64,000 nucleotides of DNA. It comes from a virus. The stretch covers positions 1 to 64,000 of IMG/VR virus record IMGVR_UViG_3300035188_001379; one strand, written 5' to 3'. How positions within the stretch are numbered: position 1 is the stretch's first letter; each line of letters starts with the position of its first letter. The position numbers were made by a program, and so were the translations under genes. Positions 18,421 to 26,849 of the stretch are shown here, one piece after another. The notes below the pieces were generated by a model, which had not been told where the DNA came from, ran no database searches, and worked only from the letters and a program-made list of their open reading frames with translations.

Positions 18421-18933
18421 ATGATTAACTTCAAAAAAGGTCCTGCTCTTAGCTTACACCAAGTTAACTACGTAGGCCCGATCGACACTACTGACACCAC
18501 TCCAGCGACAGGTATTGTTTCTGGTATGGTTGTTCGCATTAATGCAGATGGTTCTGTTGGCACAGGAGCTACAAGCGACACTGCTGACGTGAATACTCTG
18601 TACGGGTTCGCAATCAACAACGCTAACGCTGGAGATGTGATTGAATCTGGTAAGATTGGTGTATTTGCTCTCGACGGTATGTCGGTAGTAGAAACCGATC
18701 AAACTGCTGAAACAATCACCTCGACCACCTACCCTATCGGCAAGGCTCTCTCTGTAGACACCGCTGGTAAGGTCAAGGCAGTAAACACTTCCACATACAC
18801 TGGCAAGATCATTGGATGGGTTGAAGGGATTCGCTCAATTCCTGCCCAATCTAACGGATCGACCGTGATCAACGGGCGTTCGTTCACGTATCCTGTCAGC
18901 ACAACCGTGCTGGGAATTAAGCTCGCCGTCTAA
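18421..18933 (+). CDS. capsid decoration (cement) protein
   Basis: 170-aa beta-rich Thr/Gly/Val protein immediately upstream of the MCP (SGMVVRINADG..., GKIIGWV). Confidence 0.7.
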   Translation: MINFKKGPALSLHQVNYVGPIDTTDTTPATGIVSGMVVRINADGSVGTGATSDTADVNTLYGFAINNANAGDVIESGKIGVFALDGMSVVETDQTAETITSTTYPIGKALSVDTAGKVKAVNTSTYTGKIIGWVEGIRSIPAQSNGSTVINGRSFTYPVSTTVLGIKLAV

Positions 18934-18959
18934 CCTTAACCTGAGAAATAACAATTAAT

Positions 18960-19937
18960 ATGGAAAAAATCGCAAATCAGAGAGTATTTAACGACACGTT
19001 CGTTGAAATGGTTAAGGCTGGCGAAGAAAAGAAGGCCGCTGTCAGCGCACAGTCTTTTACCCGCAATAAGCTTCGTGAAGAAAGCTTCACAGAAAAGATT
19101 ATCACCCCTATCGACATCAGCAATGATGACCTCGACAAGGCTGAAAATCCTGAGCTGCTGGTTAAGTGGAACGATCGTGAGCCTGATACAGCCCCAGCTG
19201 TAACAATTCCTCTCGGCGTTGTGCCTGATATGTACCAGTTTGCTGGAACTCGTTATCCTTCTTACTTCACACGTATCACGTCTCCGAAGTACAACAAGGA
19301 CATCGACAACCTCCGCGGTTATGACTACGACATCCGTGCGATCATGCTCGAGTTGTCCACAAAGGATATCGCCACTGAGATCGACTCGCGCTTCATGGCT
19401 CGCGTTGATAGCATCATTGGCCCTGTCAACCAGGGGAACGTCCTCAATGGAACAGGTACGACTGTCCTCAGCGCGCTGCCGCAGAACGTTACAATCGCAG
19501 GAGGCATCACCCGTGAAAACGTGGCGGAAGCTTTCAAGGTGATTAAGCGTCTCCGTGTTCCATTTGGTCCCTCTCAGCCTGATGGCGGAGAAACCAAGGG
19601 AGTCATGTTGATGAACAATGTCACTGCTGACGACTTCGTCAAGATGAGCCGCTCTGAAGTTGGTGGTGACCTTGCGCAGGATATGTTTGTGAACGGTCTC
19701 CCTTCCAAGACCCTCTTGGGAGTCAAGCCGATCTATACCATCAAGCGTGATCTCGTCCCTGACGGTGTTATCTACCTGTTCTCTTCCGAAGAATTCTTCG
19801 GCAAGTACTACAGACTGCAGCCTCTCACAGTGTTCATGAAGAACGAGGCGTACTTCCTTGAGTACTTCCAGTACATGAACCTCTCGCTCGCGATTGGTAA
19901 CGTGAAGGGTGTTGTCAAGGTTGACTTCAACGGCTAA
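18960..19937 (+). CDS. major capsid protein (HK97-fold, putative)
   Basis: 325 aa; follows protease, scaffold and decoration genes; codon bias typical of high expression; strong terminator after it; starts MEKIA. Confidence 0.85.
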   Translation: MEKIANQRVFNDTFVEMVKAGEEKKAAVSAQSFTRNKLREESFTEKIITPIDISNDDLDKAENPELLVKWNDREPDTAPAVTIPLGVVPDMYQFAGTRYPSYFTRITSPKYNKDIDNLRGYDYDIRAIMLELSTKDIATEIDSRFMARVDSIIGPVNQGNVLNGTGTTVLSALPQNVTIAGGITRENVAEAFKVIKRLRVPFGPSQPDGGETKGVMLMNNVTADDFVKMSRSEVGGDLAQDMFVNGLPSKTLLGVKPIYTIKRDLVPDGVIYLFSSEEFFGKYYRLQPLTVFMKNEAYFLEYFQYMNLSLAIGNVKGVVKVDFNG

Positions 19938-19963
19938 GTAGCCACTTCAACCTAGTAAGTTAT

Positions 19964-19990
19964 AAAAGGGGACCTTCGGGTCCCCTTTTT
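19964..19990 (+). terminator. Rho-independent terminator
   Basis: AAAAGGGGACC-TTCG-GGTCCCCTTTTT: perfect stem, cUUCGg tetraloop and U-tract. Confidence 0.9.
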
Positions 19991-20006
19991 GCTGCCTATA
20001 ACCTAC

Positions 20007-20035
20007 TTGATATAACGTACACGCTGATTTATAAT
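20007..20035 (+). promoter_or_regulatory. sigma70-like promoter (likely leaderless mRNA)
   Basis: TTGATA-17 nt-TATAAT; ATG begins 8 nt after the -10 element. Confidence 0.65.
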
Positions 20036-20042
20036 CAATATT

Positions 20043-20339
20043 ATGAGCCTAGACACCAACATCCTTTCTGAGTTTGACTCTTTTATTAAAAAGTATGCAG
20101 CTCAGATGTCTCCTAACCAACCAGAGCCAGGGAATGCGCCTACTTCTGTAGTGCATCCTCAGGTAAATGCAGGCAATAGTCTACCTAGAGAAACGCAGGC
20201 TCCTCCTCCTGTCAATAATTCCACATCAGGAGAAATACATAATCCTAGCGACGGTGCGAGTGGAGGAGGACCTAAGCCTGTAACAGCACCTAAACAGCCC
20301 CTAAGCATGTCAGGCTCATTCATTAAAAATTCTAAATAA
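20043..20339 (+). CDS. Pro-rich small protein with an N-terminal helix ending in KYA
   Basis: 98-aa ORF; ILSEFDSFIKKYAAQ followed by a disordered Pro/Ser/Gly tract. Confidence 0.55.
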   Translation: MSLDTNILSEFDSFIKKYAAQMSPNQPEPGNAPTSVVHPQVNAGNSLPRETQAPPPVNNSTSGEIHNPSDGASGGGPKPVTAPKQPLSMSGSFIKNSK

Positions 20340-20341
20340 TT

Positions 20342-20788
20342 ATGGCTACCCCAATACTCACAAGCGAAGAAGTGCGCCTTTTTTTACAAGATAGAGAAGA
20401 GCTGAATCCTCTTTTGCTAGGTATAAGATTTACTCCCGAGATGATTGAGCAAGCTATGATCAATACGGTGGATTATTTTAATCTAATGAATCCTCCGTTA
20501 GGTATGATGTTCACCCTAGAGTCTTTTCCTTACCGCTCTCTTTTGCTTCTAGGTACCGCCTCCTACTTGCTTAGGTCAGGGGCGATCAACGAGGCTGCGA
20601 ATCAGCTTTCTTATGCTGCAGATGGAGTACAAGTTAATGATAAAGACAAAGCGCAGATATTTATGTCTTTGTCTCAAAACCTTCAGCAAGACTTTAAAGA
20701 GCTTGGTCAGCAAATCAAGATGAACCATAATATCGCGCAGATTTATGGTGTGAAACATTCAGAATATATCTACAGACGTCGTTACTAA
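20342..20788 (+). CDS. head-tail adaptor or neck protein (putative)
   Basis: 148-aa helical protein after the MCP; TSEEVRLFL...FTPEMIEQAM pattern. Confidence 0.6.
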   Translation: MATPILTSEEVRLFLQDREELNPLLLGIRFTPEMIEQAMINTVDYFNLMNPPLGMMFTLESFPYRSLLLLGTASYLLRSGAINEAANQLSYAADGVQVNDKDKAQIFMSLSQNLQQDFKELGQQIKMNHNIAQIYGVKHSEYIYRRRY

Positions 20789-21141
20789 TGGCTGACAACG
20801 AAGATAGCCTTAATAGCGCAGCAAGTCAGCTTGCTGAGCAGCTCAAAATCAAAGCAAGTGACCCTATATTTAAAATTAAGCTTAGGCTTAAAAAAGGGTT
20901 AAAGAAGCTGAACCCTTTTAGCGCTCTGATGCAAGGCAAAGCAACTAAAGACGAAACAAGACAACATATGGTCAAGGCCAGCTCAACTGGTGATTATATG
21001 GTCTACCGTGGAAAAGATCCAGATAAACCAGACCCGTACGCTTCTGAAGAAAAAACATTACGTAACGGTATGCTGGTCCCGAATCTACCTAAGAATCCTT
21101 TTCACGTTAATTGTAATCCTAGCAATCTCTCAAATTACTAA
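20788..21141 (+). CDS. hypothetical protein
   Basis: 117-aa ORF, translationally coupled. Confidence 0.5.
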   Translation: MADNEDSLNSAASQLAEQLKIKASDPIFKIKLRLKKGLKKLNPFSALMQGKATKDETRQHMVKASSTGDYMVYRGKDPDKPDPYASEEKTLRNGMLVPNLPKNPFHVNCNPSNLSNY

Positions 21142-21142
21142 T

Positions 21143-21964
21143 ATGCCTGTCGATCCTAGAAAAGCTTTTAAAAAAGTAGATGTCATTCCTGACTGGGAGA
21201 GAGGCCATTTTATTCAATGGCAGCTTGATCCTTTTTTTAAAGGCATGCCTCCATATAACTTTTCTCTAGAGATCTCTGCCACTAGTAATTTCTCAGAAAT
21301 AATGGCGGTTAAAGCAAATCTAGGCGATGTATTTTTTGCTGTGGATGACACTAGGCTGAAACAGTCTTGGGCTCCAAACTATTACTATAGAGTAGTATTG
21401 ATCACAAAGGACGGCAGGCAGTTCTATTCTACTCCTTTATTGTTCGGGTCTACTAGGCATGAACAGCGCAAATATGCAATGGCCTCAGATATCATTAGAA
21501 AAGAGCTGTTATTGTGTCGCTTTGTGGGTACAGAGGGCTGGCTGCTTCGCAGAAAATCCTACGGCTTTAAAAGCCCTACTACTCTAGCTAATCTAGACCC
21601 TGTATCTGGAGTACCCATAACTGATACTAAATTACAAGACTATGGCGTAGGAATCGACGAAGGGTATTTTGATCCTGTGCCGTGCGCGTTTTATATTGAA
21701 GCTAGCGCACAAGATAAACAGTTAGACCCCAACGGTATAGGTGTTAAAGAAACGTATAGCTCTCAAGTCAAACTTCCAGGTTATCCTATTGTGGAGGTGC
21801 GTGATGTTATCTGTGAAGCTAAGGATGGCTTTCGCTACAGTATACAGTCGAGAAACGCTAAGCAATTTCCAGGAACAAACATCGTGATAACACAGAAGGC
21901 CTCCATTAACCTAATCCCCCCAACGGACACGATTTATTCCATACCTTTACCAGTACCTCTTTAA
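21143..21964 (+). CDS. neck or head-closure protein (putative)
   Basis: ATG at 21143 preferred; beta-rich; YGVGIDEGYFDP motif; located between adaptor and tail terminator. Confidence 0.55.
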   Translation: MPVDPRKAFKKVDVIPDWERGHFIQWQLDPFFKGMPPYNFSLEISATSNFSEIMAVKANLGDVFFAVDDTRLKQSWAPNYYYRVVLITKDGRQFYSTPLLFGSTRHEQRKYAMASDIIRKELLLCRFVGTEGWLLRRKSYGFKSPTTLANLDPVSGVPITDTKLQDYGVGIDEGYFDPVPCAFYIEASAQDKQLDPNGIGVKETYSSQVKLPGYPIVEVRDVICEAKDGFRYSIQSRNAKQFPGTNIVITQKASINLIPPTDTIYSIPLPVPL

Positions 21965-21965
21965 C

Positions 21966-22670
21966 ATGGACTCATCTGACAATAGTCAATCAGAATTTTG
22001 CGCACAACCTGACATTGCGTATGTTTCTCCTTATGTACGCGAGCGTCTTGAGCAAGACACTCGTATCATGGTATTAACTCCATGGACTGTGCAGAATATT
22101 TGCTACGAGATTATTAAAAACTATATGCTCGAGAACCCTCCACAAAAAGAAGGGTACAAATTCTCACAAACATATGCCGCAGACGATTTTGAGACAGGTA
22201 TAGCCTTGGAGATTGCATATCATTACAAAGACTCAGTTATTCAGAAACGCCCAGCCATCTACGTGTCTAGAGGAGATGTTGTAGTCCAATTTCCGACGAT
22301 AAATCAGACCATGGGAGTGTTTCCAAAAGAGTCTGAAAAAACAAAGTTCGCCATGTTGCAGATGCCCATAAATCTAGCTGTTGTAGCTACTAATATAGGG
22401 TTTGCTGAGCAGCTAGCTCAGTACATATTTAAAATATTTTTGCGCTACCAGGAGGTGATTCGCAATGACTTTTGTTTAAGGCAATTTAAACTTGTTTCCA
22501 TAGGGCAGCCTATACTATACTTAGAGAGTAAAGATCACTTCGTTGTTAACGTCCAGCTTCAAGCTGTGTTTGATATGGGCTCTGTTATCAAAGGGGATGA
22601 CCTTAAACTCAAAACAGTCAGTTACACAGTTTTTACAAGTTGCGCCGAACAGCCCCTTTTAAACCAGTAA
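21966..22670 (+). CDS. tail completion or terminator protein (putative)
   Basis: 234 aa immediately before the sheath; KRPAIYVSRG motif. Confidence 0.55.
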   Translation: MDSSDNSQSEFCAQPDIAYVSPYVRERLEQDTRIMVLTPWTVQNICYEIIKNYMLENPPQKEGYKFSQTYAADDFETGIALEIAYHYKDSVIQKRPAIYVSRGDVVVQFPTINQTMGVFPKESEKTKFAMLQMPINLAVVATNIGFAEQLAQYIFKIFLRYQEVIRNDFCLRQFKLVSIGQPILYLESKDHFVVNVQLQAVFDMGSVIKGDDLKLKTVSYTVFTSCAEQPLLNQ

Positions 22671-22687
22671 GTTTTTTTAAAAAACTA

Positions 22688-22716
22688 TTGAAATACCTCT
22701 TTCATTTTACTAAAAT
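22688..22716 (+). promoter_or_regulatory. sigma70-like promoter
   Basis: TTGAAA-17 nt-TAAAAT upstream of the sheath. Confidence 0.65.
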
Positions 22717-22755
22717 TAACTCAGCAACCAATAGTCTAGGAGTAATAATAACAAT

Positions 22756-25700
22756 ATGGCATACATCACACCAAGAGTCTTAATTAAGCAGGAGTTTCTG
22801 CAAGTTCCAGTATACAGAGAATTCCCATTACCTGCGTTTATCATCGGACCGAATTACGCGTTGACCAGATATAGCGAAGCTGATGAAAAGCCTTTTACTG
22901 CGGTAGCTACATTGGATGGCGTTTCGCTTGAGTCAGGTAACTCTTATGTTGTCACCGCAGATACTAGATATGACTTTCCTAACGTTCCGGCTGGCGGAGA
23001 TGTTGACCATACCTACACAAAAGTCTACGCAGAATCCGTAGAGGCCAAATACTTTCCTCATCAGGATCTTCCAAGCGTCCCTGGAGCTGACGACGTCACC
23101 TTTTTAGTGGGTCCCTCCGGTCAGTATTACACCAACAGAGTTCAGCTGAACGCGACACTCAAGACCACGAATGGTTATACTCGTGATTCGTTTTTCGCTG
23201 AGCGTGATGTCGCTGTAGGAGATATTGTCGAGATCACCAGCTTAGACGCCGCAAATAACGAGACTGTGGTAAGATCGCGTATTAGCGGCTTGCTCGCCGA
23301 GACAGCCGCAGAAACACCATCCTTGGCTTCTGAGGTTGCTCCTCAGTATTATGCTAACGCTAACGGAGTATCCAACGGTACCAACCTTTTCACCTCACAA
23401 GGGGCAGACTTTATTGAGTCTGAGGTTGTCGGGAAGTATATTACCATTAATGGTATCGGTGTAAGACAGATTCTTTCTCGTCCTAACAGCTCCTCGTTGA
23501 TTTTGTCTTCTCCTGTAGCTACAGGAACAGCAAGAGGCTTTTTCATTGGCGGAGTTTATAATGATTTGGACAACTCACCTAAAGTTACGATGCTCACCGG
23601 CACAGTTACTGCAGGAGGAAGTTATACAGGCATCACCACAGCAATCGGCACCACCTCCGTTTATGTGGGCTATCCCTCACTGAATGTTCTGGAAGATACT
23701 TATACGATCACAGTTACTACAGGAGGATTAATCGACGCTGCAAGATTCCAGGTTACTTCATTGAATTCTGAAGCGCTCTATACAGGAAAGTCTCTCACTG
23801 TAACTGGCAGCAAGGGTGTTTTGGTTGTAGACGATAATGATGGGAATAACCTTACCTTTGAGTTCACAGTAAGTGATCCTCTTACTACTACCTTTGTCGC
23901 TTCGCCGACAGCGCAGTCTTGGACTATTGCCGGAACACGCGCCGCTGTCACTCAGGTTGTTCCTGATGCAGATGGTGACTATGCGGGTCAGTACGACATG
24001 ATCTATAAAGTTAAGGTAGATAGAGGCGGAACATTCTTCGACGGAGACAACGCAGACACTTGCGCAAGGCTGATTATCAGCTCGTCTAACATTGATAATA
24101 CTTCTCTTGTTCTTCCTGAGGCTGATGAGCCTTTCAGTGTAGGGACTTTTGGAGTTACTGCGAAGTTTGCTTCTGCACCCATCGGCAATGCTGGTAGCGG
24201 CTTCTACTTTATTGCAGGAGATACCTACTATATCCCAGTGGTGGCGGAGAAGCAGGGGAGAGTTTCGATCATCGAGCTTTCTGAAGACCTTCCTCAATCT
24301 GTGCTTGCAACTGCAACCAGCTCTTCTGCTTCGTTGTTTTTAACACAGAGGTCAATCCAGATTCCTGCTACGAGAAATCTCCTTACAGGAACTACCAATT
24401 GGGACCAGGACGGTAATTACATCACCATCAATGAAGGTCTCACCACATATGACCCGTATCTCGCGGTATCAGGTACACCTGTCCGTCTGCCTGTAGCTGC
24501 GGCTAAAATCTATGTAGAACATAGAGACTTGCTGCAAGACAATGTGGTAGCTATCGACTCTGTGCGTGATTTAGCCAGCGTCACAGATAAGTTGGGTACA
24601 GTACATCCTGATAATCCTCTCGCCCAAGGCGTGTATGATGCAGTTCTGAACGCCCAGAATCAGATTGTTTATTTCATCGGTGTAGCCACAGATGACCTGG
24701 AAGGTTACGCTGAAGCCATAAAGATCTCCGAAAAGAGCGATAAGGTTTACAGCTTTGTTCCTCTTACTTTTGACAGGACCATTCAGGACGCTGTAATCGC
24801 GCATGTTAACGCTTATAGTACTCCTGAAGTAGGACGCTGGAGAATTGCCTGGATATCTGCACAAGATAATAAGTCTTCTGTAATGTACGACTTGAAGCCT
24901 AACGGCGATCCGTACACTGCGACAGTGACAGACGATCCATCCGTGGCAGGTGTGCAGTATAAGCTGGTAACAGTGGCAGGAGCTAAGTTTATTGAAGACG
25001 GTGTAAGACCCAACGATGTTGTACGCTTGAACTTTAAGCTCAGCCCTGATGGCGAAGTTGTCTATGATGAGTATGTTGTAGATAGAGTACGCTCTAACTC
25101 GACGCTCTTGTTGACTACTCCATTGGCAGCAGCAATTACGTCTCCAATCAAGGCTCAAGTGGTGCGTAATTACACCAAGTCTGAAAGAGCCTATAACATT
25201 GCTCACATCGCCGGAGACTATAACAACAGACGTGTACGTGCAGTTTTCCCTGACACTTACAAGTATGGTGGAGTCACAAAGCAAGGCTACTTCGCAGCTG
25301 CAGGGCTTGCAGGCCTCAGATCTGGTGTCGTACCTCATCAAGGGTTAACTAACTCCGAATTCCTCGGAGCTGATGACTTGAGCAAGGTTGTGATTGAGTT
25401 TTCTCAAGATGATCTGAACACCTTAGCTGAGCAGGGCGTCTGGATCCTCACACAGGAAGTTGTTGGAGCTACTCCTTACGTCAGGCATCAGTTGACTACA
25501 GATACCCGTAGTCTGAATACTTCGGAAGATTCTATCACTACGAACGTAGATTCTATCAGCTACGCGTTAAAATCTGTACTTGCCCCATTCATTGGTCGTT
25601 ATAACATTAACCGTGAGAACATCTCGGCAGTTAAAGCGGCTGTGATTGAAGAACTGCGCTTTAGGGCGGGTAGTACCTATACTGTACGTGCCGGCAATCA

Positions 25701-25839
25701 GCTGGTGAGCTTCACTCCTGACACCGACATTATCAGGCTCGAGCAGAACGCCCAGTATAAAGATCGTATCGACGTAGAAGTACGCTTAAACGTACCATAC
25801 CCGATGAACTACATCAACTTGACGCTCATTGTCGGTTAA
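22756..25839 (+). CDS. contractile tail sheath protein
   Basis: 1027 aa; N-terminal YITPRVLIKQEF; C-terminal sheath core (AAAGLAGLRSG..PHQGLTN, LNTLAEQGVWIL, VRHQLTT, NVDSISY, VPYPMNYINLTL). Confidence 0.9.
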   Translation: MAYITPRVLIKQEFLQVPVYREFPLPAFIIGPNYALTRYSEADEKPFTAVATLDGVSLESGNSYVVTADTRYDFPNVPAGGDVDHTYTKVYAESVEAKYFPHQDLPSVPGADDVTFLVGPSGQYYTNRVQLNATLKTTNGYTRDSFFAERDVAVGDIVEITSLDAANNETVVRSRISGLLAETAAETPSLASEVAPQYYANANGVSNGTNLFTSQGADFIESEVVGKYITINGIGVRQILSRPNSSSLILSSPVATGTARGFFIGGVYNDLDNSPKVTMLTGTVTAGGSYTGITTAIGTTSVYVGYPSLNVLEDTYTITVTTGGLIDAARFQVTSLNSEALYTGKSLTVTGSKGVLVVDDNDGNNLTFEFTVSDPLTTTFVASPTAQSWTIAGTRAAVTQVVPDADGDYAGQYDMIYKVKVDRGGTFFDGDNADTCARLIISSSNIDNTSLVLPEADEPFSVGTFGVTAKFASAPIGNAGSGFYFIAGDTYYIPVVAEKQGRVSIIELSEDLPQSVLATATSSSASLFLTQRSIQIPATRNLLTGTTNWDQDGNYITINEGLTTYDPYLAVSGTPVRLPVAAAKIYVEHRDLLQDNVVAIDSVRDLASVTDKLGTVHPDNPLAQGVYDAVLNAQNQIVYFIGVATDDLEGYAEAIKISEKSDKVYSFVPLTFDRTIQDAVIAHVNAYSTPEVGRWRIAWISAQDNKSSVMYDLKPNGDPYTATVTDDPSVAGVQYKLVTVAGAKFIEDGVRPNDVVRLNFKLSPDGEVVYDEYVVDRVRSNSTLLLTTPLAAAITSPIKAQVVRNYTKSERAYNIAHIAGDYNNRRVRAVFPDTYKYGGVTKQGYFAAAGLAGLRSGVVPHQGLTNSEFLGADDLSKVVIEFSQDDLNTLAEQGVWILTQEVVGATPYVRHQLTTDTRSLNTSEDSITTNVDSISYALKSVLAPFIGRYNINRENISAVKAAVIEELRFRAGSTYTVRAGNQLVSFTPDTDIIRLEQNAQYKDRIDVEVRLNVPYPMNYINLTLIVG

Positions 25840-25849
25840 TTTAATCGTC

Positions 25850-26092
25850 ATGACTTCTTTTAAGGCAGGCTTTTTTAAATATGCCGAGGAGCAAGGTTTC
25901 TCTAAAGCCGAGGCCGAGCATTTATTCAAACAGGCTGAAGAATATCCAGCCACTGAACAAATGTTTCGAAGCCTTGCTCCTGAAGAAGAGTCTCACTCCC
26001 CTGAGGAATTAGAGGCTTTGTCCGAGTTGTTAAAGCAGCAAGCCATTAACAGTCAATTACATTTACCTGACGTACATCGTGTGCATTTATGA
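25850..26092 (+). CDS. small protein with an N-terminal GF-K-A module
   Basis: MTSFKAGFFKYAEEQGFSKAEAEHLFKQA; ATG at 25850. Confidence 0.65.
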   Translation: MTSFKAGFFKYAEEQGFSKAEAEHLFKQAEEYPATEQMFRSLAPEEESHSPEELEALSELLKQQAINSQLHLPDVHRVHL

Positions 26093-26301
26093 AAGTAGTT
26101 GTCGCTGGTGATTTCAGAGAACCTATTCTTTTAAATACAGATAAAGCTACAGCTGTGATGATTTACTCTAGAGATGGTCGCCCAAATACTATTTTTAGAA
26201 TTATAGCTGATGGTGCAGGATGGATAAGATATACTAAAGGTGAAGACGCAAATTTTGATGAAGTAGCTCATTCGTTAGGATTGATAAATAACTCTAAATA
26301 A
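26089..26301 (+). CDS. hypothetical protein
   Basis: 70-aa ORF with ATGA overlap. Confidence 0.55.
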   Translation: MKVVVAGDFREPILLNTDKATAVMIYSRDGRPNTIFRIIADGAGWIRYTKGEDANFDEVAHSLGLINNSK

Positions 26302-26303
26302 TA

Positions 26304-26332
26304 TTGCACCCATCAAAAAGATACTGTAAAAT
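26304..26332 (+). promoter_or_regulatory. sigma70-like promoter
   Basis: TTGCAC-17 nt-TAAAAT. Confidence 0.6.
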
Positions 26333-26364
26333 TAAGCTAAGAAACATATAACCAATAAAATATT

Positions 26365-26781
26365 ATGGCAGACATCTATGGATTTAAATCAGACTCGGTA
26401 CAAGCACCATTTACCGCCGACAAGTGCACTGTTGAGTTCGGCGGGCAAATTGCCACAGCGGTTAACGTCACTATTCAGTACAACCAGCAGATTAATAGAA
26501 GGCGTGTAGTCGGAGACCAATCTGTGTTGCTGTGGGCTTCTGCTCCTCAAGGACAGGCAAGCATTCAGACTATGGTTGTGAATAAGTCCCTAAAGGGTAG
26601 CGGTGACGGCTGGAATGCTTGTAAGCCCGGAAGAATTACATTCACGATGGCTGGTTGTGCCGGCGGGGGAAGCACAGTTACTTGCCACGGCGCGGTGGTT
26701 TCGTCCTATTCTGTTAGCGCTGAAGTAGAAGGACTCACTGTGATGGAAAATCTTGTGATCGACTTCGTTACCTTAAGCTAA
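26365..26781 (+). CDS. tail tube protein
   Basis: 138-aa beta-rich protein after the sheath, with its own promoter and terminator. Confidence 0.75.
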   Translation: MADIYGFKSDSVQAPFTADKCTVEFGGQIATAVNVTIQYNQQINRRRVVGDQSVLLWASAPQGQASIQTMVVNKSLKGSGDGWNACKPGRITFTMAGCAGGGSTVTCHGAVVSSYSVSAEVEGLTVMENLVIDFVTLS

Positions 26782-26805
26782 TCTACAGCTTTCAGCTTGA
26801 TAACT

Positions 26806-26843
26806 AGCTCCAGTCTTATATATTGAGACTGGAGCTTTTTATT
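26806..26843 (+). terminator. Rho-independent terminator
   Basis: AGCTCCAGTCT / AGACTGGAGCT 11-bp perfect stem followed by TTTTATT. Confidence 0.85.
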
Positions 26844-26849
26844 ATCATT

